Part shown: piece by piece, positions 8,596 to 18,761 of the stretch
Layout: every line of letters starts with the position of its first letter
Position numbering within the stretch: the stretch's first letter is position 1
NCBI GenBank assembly: GCA_963745035.1
Contig: CAVUVW010000025.1
Span: 32,001 to 96,000 of the forward strand
Reading direction: 5' to 3'
DNA length: 64,000 nt
Origin: an uncultured delta proteobacterium
Lineage (GTDB): Bacteria; Desulfobacterota; Binatia; UBA9968
Notes under the pieces: model-generated
Told to the model about the DNA's origin: nothing
What the model saw: only the letters and a program-made list of their open reading frames with translations
Database searches by the model: none
Made by a program: the position numbers and the translations under genes

Positions 8596-10758
8596 ATGGT
8601 TCGGCATCCTTCCGACGATTCTTCCAAACCAACCGGCGCACAGCAAAAGATTCTTCAGTTGTTTGCCCGCCAGCCGCGGGCGCGGCTCACGCCGATCGAA
8701 ATTCATCGCCGCGCCGACTTTGCCGGCAACGACCTGCAGCAAGTCATCGACGCGCTCCGCGGCCTTTGCCGCCAGGGCCGCTTGGTGCGCCTTAAAAAAA
8801 ATCATTACGCTTTGCCGGACCGGCAAAATCTCGTGACTGGGCGAATCCAGGCCCATCCGGACGGCTACGGCTTTTTGATTCCCGACGACAAGGATGCGGA
8901 GGATCTTTATATCAACCGGCGCGAGATGCGCCGCGTCATGCACGGCGATCGGGTCATGGCGCGAAACGAACGCAAGCCGCGCGGCGGCAGCGAAGCACAC
9001 ATCGTGCAGGTCCTGGAGCGCGCGCAGAAGCGGCTGGTGGGAACCTACAACGAGATCGATCGCCAAGGCTATTTGATTCCGATGGACGCGCGAATCGCTC
9101 CCGTTCGCGTTAACACGGCCGGCAAGAAGCCGAACGAAGGCAAGGTAATCGCCGCCGAGATCTCCCGTTACGGCACGGCCATGTCGGGGCCGGAGGCGCA
9201 CGTCGTGAGCGTCATCGGCGATCCTGACGATCCGCAGGTGCAGGCGCAGTCCATCATATTTCGCTACGGACTCTCCACCAGTTTCCCCGCCGAAGTCCAT
9301 CAAGAGATAAGCAAAAGTTCTTACGCGATCGCCCCGGAAGAGATCTCCGCGCGCACCGACTTGCGCGGCTTGCCGATCGTCACCATCGACGGGGAGAACG
9401 CGCGCGATTTTGACGATGCCGTCTACGTTCGTCGGCAAGGCGCCGGCTACGAGCTTTATGTTTCGATCGCCGACGTCGCCGCTTACGTTCAACCGGGAAC
9501 CGCCCTCGACCAGGAAGCCTACGCCCGCGCCACGAGCGTCTACTTTCCCGATCGCGCCATACCGATGCTTCCCGAAGCGCTATCGAACGGCATCTGCAGC
9601 CTGAATCCCAACGAAGACCGATTAACCAAAACCGCCTGCATCGAATTTGACGCCAAGGGCCATGTGGTACGCAGCCGGTTTTTTAATTCGGTCATCCGCA
9701 GCCAGGAGCGCATGACGTACACCACCGTGCGGCGCATCCTGGTCGACCGCGATCCTGAAGCTCTTGAACGCTACAAGAATCTCGTCGGAGAGTTCGAGCT
9801 GATGGAGGAGCTTGCGCGGCTGATCTACGCGCAGCGCAAGGCGCGTGGTAATCTCGACTTCGATCTCCCTGAAGCCGAGATCATTCTCGACCTTCAGGGC
9901 GCGCCGGAAAACATCGTGCGCGCCGAGCGCAACATCGCCCATCGGATCATCGAGGAATTCATGATCGCCGCGAACGAGGCAGTGGCGCGCCAGTTGACGG
10001 AAAAGAACCTGCCCCTGCTCTACCGCGTGCATGAGGGACCCGATCGTGAAGCGTTGGAAGCGCTGGCGCCGTTCCTGCTCTCGCTCGGCTACCGTCTCTC
10101 CCTCAAGCAGGAGCGTATTTCACCACTGGAAATTCAGCGACTTTTGGAGTCGGCGCGCGGCAAACCTGAAGAGCGCGTGCTCAACCGCGTGCTGCTGCGA
10201 TCCATGAAGCAGGCCGTCTATCAGCCGGAAAACATCGGGCACTTCGGTTTGGCGTCGGCGTGCTACGCTCATTTCACGTCGCCGATTCGGCGTTATCCTG
10301 ATCTTGTCGTGCACCGCATGTTCGACAGAGCGCTGCACGGCGACAAGCTCAAGCCTAACGAGCGCGAAGACTTGATCCGCTACCTTCAGGAAGCCGGCAA
10401 GCACACCTCCGAGCGTGAGCGACACGCGATGGACGCCGAGCGCGAGATGGTCGGCCTCAAAAAGGCCCAGTTCATGATGAACAAGCTCGGCGAAGAATTC
10501 ACCGGCTTCATCACGACTTTGGCCAACTTCGGTTTCTTCGTCGAATTGGATGACTATTTTGTCGAAGGCCTGGTAAAACTTTCTTCCTTGATCGACGACG
10601 ACTACGACTACTTCGAAAAGGAGTATGTCATCAAAGGCCGCCGCCACGGACGAAAGTTTAAACTGGGCGATAACGTGCGGGTGAAGGTCGCAAGAATCAA
10701 CGCGTTTCGCAGCGAGATTGATTTTGAGTTAATTCCATTCTCTGTGGGCGTGGCATAG
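8596..10758 (+). CDS. rnr: Ribonuclease R
   Basis: HTH, CSD (HPDGYGF), RNB motifs TIDGENARDFDDA, IEEFMIAAN and HFTSPIRRYPDL, C-terminal S1 domain. Confidence 0.95.
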   Translation: MVRHPSDDSSKPTGAQQKILQLFARQPRARLTPIEIHRRADFAGNDLQQVIDALRGLCRQGRLVRLKKNHYALPDRQNLVTGRIQAHPDGYGFLIPDDKDAEDLYINRREMRRVMHGDRVMARNERKPRGGSEAHIVQVLERAQKRLVGTYNEIDRQGYLIPMDARIAPVRVNTAGKKPNEGKVIAAEISRYGTAMSGPEAHVVSVIGDPDDPQVQAQSIIFRYGLSTSFPAEVHQEISKSSYAIAPEEISARTDLRGLPIVTIDGENARDFDDAVYVRRQGAGYELYVSIADVAAYVQPGTALDQEAYARATSVYFPDRAIPMLPEALSNGICSLNPNEDRLTKTACIEFDAKGHVVRSRFFNSVIRSQERMTYTTVRRILVDRDPEALERYKNLVGEFELMEELARLIYAQRKARGNLDFDLPEAEIILDLQGAPENIVRAERNIAHRIIEEFMIAANEAVARQLTEKNLPLLYRVHEGPDREALEALAPFLLSLGYRLSLKQERISPLEIQRLLESARGKPEERVLNRVLLRSMKQAVYQPENIGHFGLASACYAHFTSPIRRYPDLVVHRMFDRALHGDKLKPNEREDLIRYLQEAGKHTSERERHAMDAEREMVGLKKAQFMMNKLGEEFTGFITTLANFGFFVELDDYFVEGLVKLSSLIDDDYDYFEKEYVIKGRRHGRKFKLGDNVRVKVARINAFRSEIDFELIPFSVGVA

Positions 10759-10849
10759 CCGCAACCGATTCTCGGAATATCTCCAGCATAGACGCAAGGT
10801 CACAAAGCTCGGAGTTATTCTTCGTAGTGCGCGCTTGTGCATCGACGGG

Positions 10850-11833
10850 CTATTTCCCCGGCTTCCACCCGGTGGCATCCAACTCCGCATTGATTTTGCG
10901 CGCCAGAGAATAATTATAGATACGCTCCACAGGCGGGGCATCTTTCGGGGCAAGGACTTTGAGGGCCTGATCGAGATATTTTTTCTGTAGGTCCAAGCCG
11001 ACGGTGCCGTCGGAGGTCATGATCGGCCGTACCAAGTCATAATATTGCCCGGCAAGATCATCTTTGAGCTTCATGTAGCGGAGCAGGATTGGAATTGTGC
11101 CGGCCTTGTTTTCTCTCGCGTAGCGCAGCCCTTTCACCGTACCGCGGACGAATTTCTCGACGAGCGCGGGATCGGATTGAAAGACTCTCTCATGCGCCAG
11201 AATGCTTCCTTGCAGCTCGACAAAATCCTCTTTTAGAAAAGAAACCAACTCACGAAAGCCGGCGTCCCTCACGGCAAAATTGAACGGCGGGCTGATCGTT
11301 CCCGCATCCACGGTACCGGCGCGCAGCGCCGCCGCGAGAGTCGCGGGCAAACCCAGGGCCAAGATGGTCACATCCCGCCCGGGTTCCATACCGTTGCGCT
11401 TCAAGGTCTCCCGCAAGAGATTGTCCGGGCCGCTGCCGAGGCCCGTCACGCCGACTCTTTTTCCTCTGAGAGACTTGATGTCTGGGATGTCCGGCTTGGA
11501 GTAGAGCCAAAACATGGGCCGAAAGAAGCTGCTGAAAGCAAACCGCAGCGGCATACCGCCCAAAATAGCGGTGAATCCGGCGCCGCTCATGGAGGCAAAA
11601 TCCGCGTTGCCGCCGATCAGGGCCGAAATACCGAGCGTGTCGCGCATCACGACCAAATTGACGTCCAGACCTTCGTCCTGATAGTAGCCCCTTTCCTTTG
11701 CAGCCGTGAAGGCGATCACAACCATGCTGAGGGTCGGCACGGCGATGTTCACGGTTCGCGCTTCGGTTTTTGCAACAGAAGAAATCAACGTAACCAAGCA
11801 CGCGAGAGTTGTCAGTTTCCATGTTGAGATCAT
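10850..11833 (-). CDS. ABC transporter substrate-binding protein, NitT/TauT (SsuA/THI5-like) family
   Basis: Signal peptide, GYYQDEGLDV, LRGKRVGVTGLGS, GTVDA; typical length. Confidence 0.85.
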   Translation of the reverse strand: MISTWKLTTLACLVTLISSVAKTEARTVNIAVPTLSMVVIAFTAAKERGYYQDEGLDVNLVVMRDTLGISALIGGNADFASMSGAGFTAILGGMPLRFAFSSFFRPMFWLYSKPDIPDIKSLRGKRVGVTGLGSGPDNLLRETLKRNGMEPGRDVTILALGLPATLAAALRAGTVDAGTISPPFNFAVRDAGFRELVSFLKEDFVELQGSILAHERVFQSDPALVEKFVRGTVKGLRYARENKAGTIPILLRYMKLKDDLAGQYYDLVRPIMTSDGTVGLDLQKKYLDQALKVLAPKDAPPVERIYNYSLARKINAELDATGWKPGK

Positions 11834-11858
11834 GAAACCATTGCTCCTTTTCTTGCAA

Positions 11859-11892
11859 CTCCCTCTTTGAAAAAGAGGCCCGGGGGAGATTT
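11859..11892. repeat. Short intergenic palindrome (REP-like or terminator-like)
   Basis: CCTCTTT-gaa-AAAGAGG stem followed by cccGGGGGAGATTT, between the SDR stop and the SBP start. Confidence 0.4.
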
Positions 11893-11911
11893 CATTTAGA
11901 GTTCACGATTG

Positions 11912-12676
11912 CTACGCCACTGTGTACGGAATCTCAATTCCCCTCTGCTGATTCCACTCAGTGGCGACGATGGACTTCCCCGTTTCCCCGCGCGACTCGT
12001 CCGCTGCGAGATAGACTGCGCACGGCCGGACGATTTCCGGACTGAGCATCCTCACGCCGCGGTTGCCGGGAATGTTTCTAATCGCTTCAGTGGCGACGAT
12101 TCCGCCAGGATCGAGGCAGTTTACTCTGATGTTGTACGCCGCACTTTCCAGAGCGAGCACCTGAGTCAATCCTTCCACGCCGAATTTCGCCGCAGAATAT
12201 GGCCCTCGCAGAAGTTTGCCCCTCTTCCCCTGCGGCGAGGAAATATTAATGATCACTCCGCCGCCCTGCCTCCGCATCGTTTTAAGAGCTTCCCTGCTGC
12301 AGAGGAACACGCCATTGAGGTTGGTATCGAGGATCTTGCGCCAGACCTCTAATGGCGTCTCCGCCAGCTCGAGATTCAGCGGACCCCCGCGCGGCCAGGC
12401 AAAGCCGGCGTTGTTCACGACTACGTCCACCCGTCTAAATTTTTCAAGCGTGCGACCGAACAGCTGACCAACATCGGTCTCCGAAGTAACGTCAGCTTCG
12501 ACCCCGAGAACATTTTGCGCCGGCGCCACCAACCGCGCGGCGGCTTGGTTTACCTCCGCTATGGCAAGATCACAGATCACTACCTTTGCGCCTTCCTGCA
12601 CAAAAGCCTGCACGATCTCCCAGCCGAGACCTCGCGCCGACCCCGTGACGATCGCAACCTTGCCATCAAGCTTCAT
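11912..12676 (-). CDS. Short-chain dehydrogenase/reductase (SDR)
   Basis: MKLDGKVAIVTGSARGLG, NNAG, YSAAK catalytic motif; true start judged to be ATG 12676. Confidence 0.9.
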   Translation of the reverse strand: MKLDGKVAIVTGSARGLGWEIVQAFVQEGAKVVICDLAIAEVNQAAARLVAPAQNVLGVEADVTSETDVGQLFGRTLEKFRRVDVVVNNAGFAWPRGGPLNLELAETPLEVWRKILDTNLNGVFLCSREALKTMRRQGGGVIINISSPQGKRGKLLRGPYSAAKFGVEGLTQVLALESAAYNIRVNCLDPGGIVATEAIRNIPGNRGVRMLSPEIVRPCAVYLAADESRGETGKSIVATEWNQQRGIEIPYTVA

Positions 12677-12794
12677 TGTACAAACCGATGTGTATGCAAT
12701 ATATAAGACACCGCATCTATAATGCCCCGGGCCGACCGATTGCAACAAGCTGTGCGGCAACCGATCTGCGAACCTAGACGGTGACAATCGGCGG

Positions 12795-13805
12795 ATGTCC
12801 CACAGGAGGAAATTCATGAAACACGCGAGCGCTGCTCTTTTGTTTTTTCTCTTGTGTCCATCGTCCCTTTCGGCCCAAAGCCAGAAGACATTGCTGATCG
12901 GATTGGCGAGCATCAGCGGCGGGATCGAGACGCTCTACGTCACCAAAAAAATCGGTGCCTTCAAACGCAACGGGCTGGACGTCGATTTTCTCCTACTGCA
13001 AGGCGGCAGCCAAGCCCTTCAAGTGCTCTTGTCGAACGAGATCAAACTCATCAGCGGCGGCGGTGGTACGGCGGCGCAGCGCGCTCGCTTCAAAGGCGCA
13101 GGCAATCTGATCGTCGCGACATACACACCGACCATGCCGTACAGTCTGTATGTCAACGGCAAGATACAAGATGCGAAGCGGCTCAAAGGGGCGAAGATCG
13201 CCATTTCCCGCTTCGGCAGCTCATCGGATTTCGCCGCGCGTTTCATGGTGAGCCGTTTGGGTCTCGATCCGGCAAAGGACGTCACCATCATGCAGATCGG
13301 CAATCAACGCGAGCGCATGAGTGCGTTGCTCAGCGGATCCGTGGACGGCTCCGTTGTCGACGCCCCCAACACGCTGATCGCTCGCCAGCAGGGATTCTTC
13401 GAGCTCGCCGACGCATCGAAGCTCGGCCTCAGCTATCCCCACAACAACATCGCGACCACTGATCGGTTCATCCGCGAGGAGCCGCAAACCGTCTTCAACT
13501 TTCTTCGCGCTTTCGTCGAAGGCATCGCCTTTTACCGCACGCGCAAAACGGAAACCGTTCAAATGATCAAAGAGTTTCTGCGCGTCAGCGACAATGCCAT
13601 CGCGGAGGAAGCCTATGACTACTATTCGCGCATCACTCCGCCCAAGCCCTACCCGAATACGGACGGCGTGCGCGGCGTGCTCGAAGAAATCGCCATAACT
13701 GAACCGGCCATAAAAAACGCCAAGGTCGAGCAATTCGTCGACGCCAGCTTCATCACCAAACTCGATCAGAGCGGCTATATTGACGGACTGTATAAGAAGA
13801 AATAA
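12795..13805 (+). CDS. ABC transporter substrate-binding protein, NitT/TauT family
   Basis: Signal peptide, FKRNGLDV, LKGAKIAISRFGSSSD, GSVDG; start may be ATG 12816. Confidence 0.85.
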   Translation: MSHRRKFMKHASAALLFFLLCPSSLSAQSQKTLLIGLASISGGIETLYVTKKIGAFKRNGLDVDFLLLQGGSQALQVLLSNEIKLISGGGGTAAQRARFKGAGNLIVATYTPTMPYSLYVNGKIQDAKRLKGAKIAISRFGSSSDFAARFMVSRLGLDPAKDVTIMQIGNQRERMSALLSGSVDGSVVDAPNTLIARQQGFFELADASKLGLSYPHNNIATTDRFIREEPQTVFNFLRAFVEGIAFYRTRKTETVQMIKEFLRVSDNAIAEEAYDYYSRITPPKPYPNTDGVRGVLEEIAITEPAIKNAKVEQFVDASFITKLDQSGYIDGLYKKK

Positions 13806-13844
13806 TCAAAGAACTGACCGCGCGAAATCACCGAGGTATCCAGA

Positions 13845-14966
13845 GTGGAATCCGAACTCAAAGAAATGTTGGCTTCGCTCGACCGCACCGGCTATTGCCA
13901 ATGGATGAAAACGGAAGGCGTTCCTATCGTTGAAGGCTTTAGCGTCGAAGACGTGCGCGAGTTGAAGCTCAGTCCGTGGCGGCGCATGGGCGGCAGCGGC
14001 GCTTTTGTGCATCTTTATGGCATGGAGGGGCAGACCGGCATGTACGTGGCGGAAATTCCTCCCGGCGGCGCGTTGAACCCCGAGCGGCATCTTTACGAGG
14101 AAATGATTTGCATTCTCGCCGGCCATGGAGCGACAGAAATTTGGCACGACGGCGGGCAAAAGCGGCTGTTCGAATGGGGACCGTTCAGTCTCTTTGCCCC
14201 GCCGCTCAATAGCTGGCACCGGCTGGTCAACGGCGGCAGAGAGCCGGTGCGGCTTATGGCCGTAACCACAGCGCCGATCGCCATGGATTTTTATCGAAAT
14301 CCGGAATTCATTTTCAATTGTCCTCACACGTTTACCGATCGGTTCCGCGGCGAGGATGACTACTTCGCTACCAGTCAGAACTTTTACGCAGTCGGCATGC
14401 AGTCGATTTGGGAAACCAATTTTGTCCCGGACGCCAAAGAAGTCAAAGTTCGAGACGACCTCTACGTCAAGGGCACCGAAGTCGGTATGGTCCAGTTCGA
14501 AAGTTCAAAGAATGCGCTGATCGGTCATGTGGCCGACTGGCCAACCGGTCTTTATCACAAGGCCCATTACCACGGAGCCGGAGCGGTCATCGTGATTCTG
14601 AAATCCGAGGGATACACCTTGCTCTGGCCGAAGGAGAGCGGCACACAACCTTATGCGGCCGGCCGCAACGAGGAGGTCGTCGAGCTGCGCTGGCGCGAAG
14701 GTAGCGTGTTGAGCCCGCCGAGCGGCTGGTTTCACCAGCATTTCAACATTGGCAAAGAAGCGGCGCGCCAGCTCGCGCTCAGGTTCGGCAGCAGGCTCCA
14801 TCCCATCGGGCTGCACCAAGCGGCGAAGAAGAAAACCGATGGAGTCTATATCTCTGTTAAACGAGGCGGCACGATGATCGAATATGAGGACGAGGATCCC
14901 GAGATCCGCCGGCGCTTTGAAGAGAACCTCCAACGCGTCAGAACACCGATGAGAATCGGACCGTAA
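13845..14966 (+). CDS. Bicupin protein (gentisate 1,2-dioxygenase-like fold)
   Basis: Two cupin domains: PERHLYEE...PLNSWH and HKAHYHGAG...WFHQHFN. Confidence 0.75.
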   Translation: MESELKEMLASLDRTGYCQWMKTEGVPIVEGFSVEDVRELKLSPWRRMGGSGAFVHLYGMEGQTGMYVAEIPPGGALNPERHLYEEMICILAGHGATEIWHDGGQKRLFEWGPFSLFAPPLNSWHRLVNGGREPVRLMAVTTAPIAMDFYRNPEFIFNCPHTFTDRFRGEDDYFATSQNFYAVGMQSIWETNFVPDAKEVKVRDDLYVKGTEVGMVQFESSKNALIGHVADWPTGLYHKAHYHGAGAVIVILKSEGYTLLWPKESGTQPYAAGRNEEVVELRWREGSVLSPPSGWFHQHFNIGKEAARQLALRFGSRLHPIGLHQAAKKKTDGVYISVKRGGTMIEYEDEDPEIRRRFEENLQRVRTPMRIGP

Positions 14967-15102
14967 TTTCGAAGCACGAAATCCGAAACTCGAAACAGTG
15001 ACAAAGCGACAACGCTCTAGGTACTCATTGATTGCTTTCGCTTTCCGACTATTGTGAATTTCAGCGTTTTGTTTCGGATTTCGATATTCGGATTTCGAGT
15101 TT
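14966..15102. repeat. 7-nt-periodic inverted-repeat intergenic element B
   Basis: Left arm atttcga/agcacga/aatccga/aactcga (14966-14993); right arm tcggatt/tcgatat/tcggatt/tcgagtt (15074-15101). tcggatt and tcgagtt are exact reverse complements of left-arm units. Confidence 0.8.
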
Positions 15103-15131
15103 GATTAGTAAGAAACTTCGGAGAGAAACAC

Positions 15132-16346
15132 ATGCCCGCTCCTAAGCGCAAAATTGGCCGGACCCATAAGAAGCTCCGCTTCGAAGACCTCGTCTCCACC
15201 GGTCCCGGCACTCTCGCCGGCAAGTTCATGCGCCGGTTTTGGCATCCTATTCACCGGGCGGAAGATGTCCGTCCCGGCCAAGCCAAACCGATAGAAATCA
15301 TGAGCGAGCGCTTCACGCTTTATCGGGGCAAAAGCGGTGCGCCGCACGTCGTGGATTTTCGCTGTCCGCACCGTGGCACGCAGCTTTCCGCCGGCTGGGT
15401 CGAAGGCGACTCGATCCGTTGCATGTACCATGGTTGGTGTTTCAACGCCGAAGGTCAATGCACCGAGCAGCCGGCGGAGGAGAAATCTTTCGTCGGCAAG
15501 ATCCGAATAAGGAGCTATCCGACTCGGGAATATCTCGGTTTGATCTTCGCGTACTTGGGTGAGGCCGAAGCACCGTCCTTTCCGCGCTATCGCCATATGG
15601 AAGAAGACGGCGTGCTCGAAGTTCTTTCAACCGAGATTTGGCCGTGCAATTTTTTTCAGCGCATCGACAACAACGGCGATACTTATCATGTGCCTTTCGT
15701 TCACCGCGGCGCTTATTCCGCTTCTTCGGATAACAATCGCAGCGGGCTGCCGGATATTTCCAAGGAAGAAAGTCCGTGGGGGACTACGGGATACGCTAGC
15801 TTTGCTCAGGGGTGGCGCAACGTCTTTCAATTCTTCATGCCCAACGTCTATGCATTCCGAAACCCTTCTCCCGAACCCGAGTGTATGTCGGAAGACCGCA
15901 TGCAGTGGGACGTTCCGCTCAACGACGAGTGTTCGTTGGAGTTTCGCTTACGCCGCCTGCCACTCAAGGGAGATGCTGCCGACAATTACCGCGCGCGCGC
16001 CGCCGCTGCATCCGCCGCTCCGAAAGTTTCGGTCGCGCAAATGGGCGAAGCCGTCTTGTCGGGCAAGTTGAGCTTTGAAGAGTTGGACCATTTCTTCAAT
16101 GACAAGATCTCTCTGGTGCATGCCCAAGACTACGTCGCTCAGGTCGGCCAGGGCTCCCGGGCGAATCGCGCCCGAGAACATCTCGGCCGCTCCGACACAG
16201 GAATTATTCTGTTCCGCAAGATTTGGGAGCGAGAGCTACGCGCGTTGGCCGAGGGGCGGCCGCTCAAGAAATGGGTGTTGCCCCAAGACGCCGAAATCAA
16301 GTTTCAGGAAGAGCCGGAAAAGCTAGTTCAGAACGCCGGAAGATAG
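15132..16346 (+). CDS. Rieske non-haem iron oxygenase alpha subunit (phthalate dioxygenase/LigX-like)
   Basis: Rieske CPHRG...CMYHGW; mononuclear Fe motif DNNGDTYHVPFVH; QD...SD C-terminal motifs. Confidence 0.88.
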   Translation: MPAPKRKIGRTHKKLRFEDLVSTGPGTLAGKFMRRFWHPIHRAEDVRPGQAKPIEIMSERFTLYRGKSGAPHVVDFRCPHRGTQLSAGWVEGDSIRCMYHGWCFNAEGQCTEQPAEEKSFVGKIRIRSYPTREYLGLIFAYLGEAEAPSFPRYRHMEEDGVLEVLSTEIWPCNFFQRIDNNGDTYHVPFVHRGAYSASSDNNRSGLPDISKEESPWGTTGYASFAQGWRNVFQFFMPNVYAFRNPSPEPECMSEDRMQWDVPLNDECSLEFRLRRLPLKGDAADNYRARAAAASAAPKVSVAQMGEAVLSGKLSFEELDHFFNDKISLVHAQDYVAQVGQGSRANRAREHLGRSDTGIILFRKIWERELRALAEGRPLKKWVLPQDAEIKFQEEPEKLVQNAGR

Positions 16347-16404
16347 GAGTAGGATTACCATCAGCTACAGGGGAAAGGATCTATTCAATCAAGGAGGATC
16401 CCTT

Positions 16405-17703
16405 ATGATGATACGATCACCGAGGCCGACTCGGCTCTTGCTGGCTGGAACGCTCGTCGTCTTGTCCGCCGCCCTCCCCGTCATCGCGCAGCAAACCGGA
16501 GATCAGCAGGCGCCGGCGGCAGCCGACCCGGCAAAGCCGATGCCGATACAGCAACCGCAGCCCACCGCGGTACCGGGGAGACCGGATATTCCCAATGCCG
16601 AAGTCGCCAAGCAATTGCGCAACGTGGCACCGCTGCCCTTCGGCACACCGGCCGACAAGTTGCCGCTGGAACAACTCAAGGTTCCAAGGGGGTTTAACGT
16701 CGAGGTCTACGCGAGCGGCATCCCAAACGCCCGCTCCCTCAGGCTTGGCGACAAGGGAACCGTGTTCGTCAGCAACCGCGTGCTCGATAAGGTCTATGCG
16801 ATCGTCGATAAGGGCGGCAAGCGTGAGGCAAAAATCATCGCCTCGGGGCTCGACCGGCCCAACGGCCTTGCCTTTCACAAAGGCACGCTTTACATCGCCG
16901 AAGGCACGAAGATTTCCAAGCTGGAAAACATCGAAGACAACCTGGAAAATCCGCCGAAGCCCATGGTGATTTACAGCGATTTTCTGAATCACCAGTCGCA
17001 CGGATGGAAGTTCATGGGCCTTGGCCCCGACAACAAGCTTTACGTGAACGTCGGCGCACCGTGCAATATATGCGAACCGCCGGAGACCAACGGCCAGATC
17101 CGGCGCATCAATCTCGACGGCAGCGGCGCCGAGGTTGCGGCGCGCGGCGTGCGTAACTCGGTCGGCTTCGACTGGCATCCGGTGACGAAGGAGCTTTATT
17201 TCACGGACAACGCGCGCGACTGGCTGTCGGAGGATCTTCCCGAAGACGAGCTCAACCGCGTTACCAAACTCGGGCAGCACTTCGGCTTTCCTTACTGCCA
17301 TCAGGGCACCTTCACCGACCGCGAGATGGGTTGGGGCCGCTCCTGCGACGAGTTCGAAAAGCCCGTCGCGCTCATCGGCCCGCATTCCGCCGCCCTCGGC
17401 ATGCGCTTTTACACCGGCAAAATGTTCCCGAGCCAGTATCGGAACGCCATCTTCATCGCGCGCCACGGCTCGTGGAACCGCACCAAAAAGGTCGGCGGCG
17501 ACGTTATTTTGGTGAAGCTGAACAAGGACGGAACCGTAAGGTCGCAAGAGCCGTTTTTCACCGGTTTGCTGCGGAACAACGAATACAGCGGCCGGCCGGT
17601 GGACGTCGAAGTTCTGCGCGACGGCTCGCTGCTGGTTTCCGACGACTACGCCGGCGCGATCTACCGCGTGACCTACGGCGCCGCTAAGACCGCCGCGCGT
17701 TGA
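16405..17703 (+). CDS. PQQ-dependent sugar/sorbosone dehydrogenase family beta-propeller
   Basis: Signal peptide, HGWK, GAPCNIC, GVRNSVGFDW, HFGFPYC, HGSWNR, GRPVD, LLVSDD. Confidence 0.85.
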   Translation: MMIRSPRPTRLLLAGTLVVLSAALPVIAQQTGDQQAPAAADPAKPMPIQQPQPTAVPGRPDIPNAEVAKQLRNVAPLPFGTPADKLPLEQLKVPRGFNVEVYASGIPNARSLRLGDKGTVFVSNRVLDKVYAIVDKGGKREAKIIASGLDRPNGLAFHKGTLYIAEGTKISKLENIEDNLENPPKPMVIYSDFLNHQSHGWKFMGLGPDNKLYVNVGAPCNICEPPETNGQIRRINLDGSGAEVAARGVRNSVGFDWHPVTKELYFTDNARDWLSEDLPEDELNRVTKLGQHFGFPYCHQGTFTDREMGWGRSCDEFEKPVALIGPHSAALGMRFYTGKMFPSQYRNAIFIARHGSWNRTKKVGGDVILVKLNKDGTVRSQEPFFTGLLRNNEYSGRPVDVEVLRDGSLLVSDDYAGAIYRVTYGAAKTAAR

Positions 17704-18323
17704 ACCCGGCATTCGCAGCGCGGCGCCGCGTTTGGCGCCACGGACGCGCCTGCGCGCGCCCGTTTGTGTCGATAGTGGCCGCGGTCTTACTGGCGGCGCC
17801 GGTGCTGGACGCCGCCACCGTCGAGGAAAAAGCTGCCCCCTGCCTCGCTTGCCACGGCGCCGACGGTCAGTCCATAATTCCCGAGACGCCGTCCCTCGGC
17901 GGCCAGCCGGAGTTCTATCTCACGGTTCAACTCCTCATGTTTCGCGACCAGCTCCGTATCGTCGAGCCGATGAACCAGGCGATGCGCGGGCTCACCGACG
18001 AAGACTTGCGCAGCTTGGCCGCCTATCTGACGAAACTTTCTCCGCCCAAGCCCGTTCCTGGCCCGGTCGATGCGGGGCGCATGGAGCGCGCCCGCGCGCT
18101 CATCGAACGGCACCGCTGCAACTTTTGTCACCAGGGGAATTACGCCGGAGAACAGAACGTTTCCCGCCTGGCGGGCCAGCGCGAGGACTATCTCGTCAAA
18201 GCGCTGCGCGAATACAAAGACAACACGCGCCGCGGCTACGACGCCTCCATGGCGGACGTGCTGCATCCGCTGAGCGACGAGCAGATGCTCGATCTCGCCT
18301 ACTACTTCGCGCGGCTGCGCTGA
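17700..18323 (+). CDS. Di-haem cytochrome c4/c553 family
   Basis: Two CxxCH motifs (CLACH, CNFCH) with distal Met candidates and LAGQ..YL motif; start uncertain. Confidence 0.85.
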   Translation: MNPAFAARRRVWRHGRACARPFVSIVAAVLLAAPVLDAATVEEKAAPCLACHGADGQSIIPETPSLGGQPEFYLTVQLLMFRDQLRIVEPMNQAMRGLTDEDLRSLAAYLTKLSPPKPVPGPVDAGRMERARALIERHRCNFCHQGNYAGEQNVSRLAGQREDYLVKALREYKDNTRRGYDASMADVLHPLSDEQMLDLAYYFARLR

Positions 18324-18369
18324 TTCCCGGGCGCGAAATCTTCTGACGATCGCAGGCGAACAGAGGGAG

Positions 18370-18628
18370 CGAAATCGGCGCGACAGGTACCACGCGGCTC
18401 CGGCCGGCACGGCGAAAACGATCACGTGGACAAGGATTTCAGTCGCGATGGAATAGCCAGCAACAAAGACGCCGATCAAGAAATTGACCGCGGCAACCGC
18501 CAGCCACACCCAGATAAAAATCTTGGCGCCGTCCGCGCCTTGCTCTTGCGCTGGTTGATCTGCGCCGCGACAAAGACAAACACCGACAGCAGCACGAGGC
18601 CGATGACGGTCAATCTTAAGGTGTGCAT
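18370..18628 (-). CDS. Small membrane protein, frameshifted (ends approximate)
   Basis: ATG 18628 MHTLRLTVIGLVLLSVFVFVAAQINQRKSK continues in another frame as GADGAKIFIWVWLAVAAVNFLIGVFVAGYS...PAGAAWYL. Adding one G near 18539 joins them. No clean stop was found. Confidence 0.5.
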
Positions 18629-18761
18629 GATCGGTCACTCCGCCAGCGGAAACTTGGTCTGATGGAAATCAATAAGGTAGTGAACATCACCGGAAAATTC
18701 GCGCCACTAGGGACAAGCGCCGCCTGCAAGTCGAGCGCGCAAGATGAGAAACACGTGAATC

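Noticed and set aside
8325-8836. Several short ORFs between the DUF4911 gene and rnr
   Set aside because: Arg/Ser/Cys-rich low-information translations overlapping the rnr promoter and 5' end.
14966-15102. Heptamer arrays considered as a CRISPR array or tRNA
   Set aside because: No 23-47 bp repeats with unique spacers, no cas genes and no cloverleaf or T-loop motif.
16417-17712. 431-aa minus-strand ORF
   Set aside because: Mirror of the PQQ dehydrogenase gene; no independent features.
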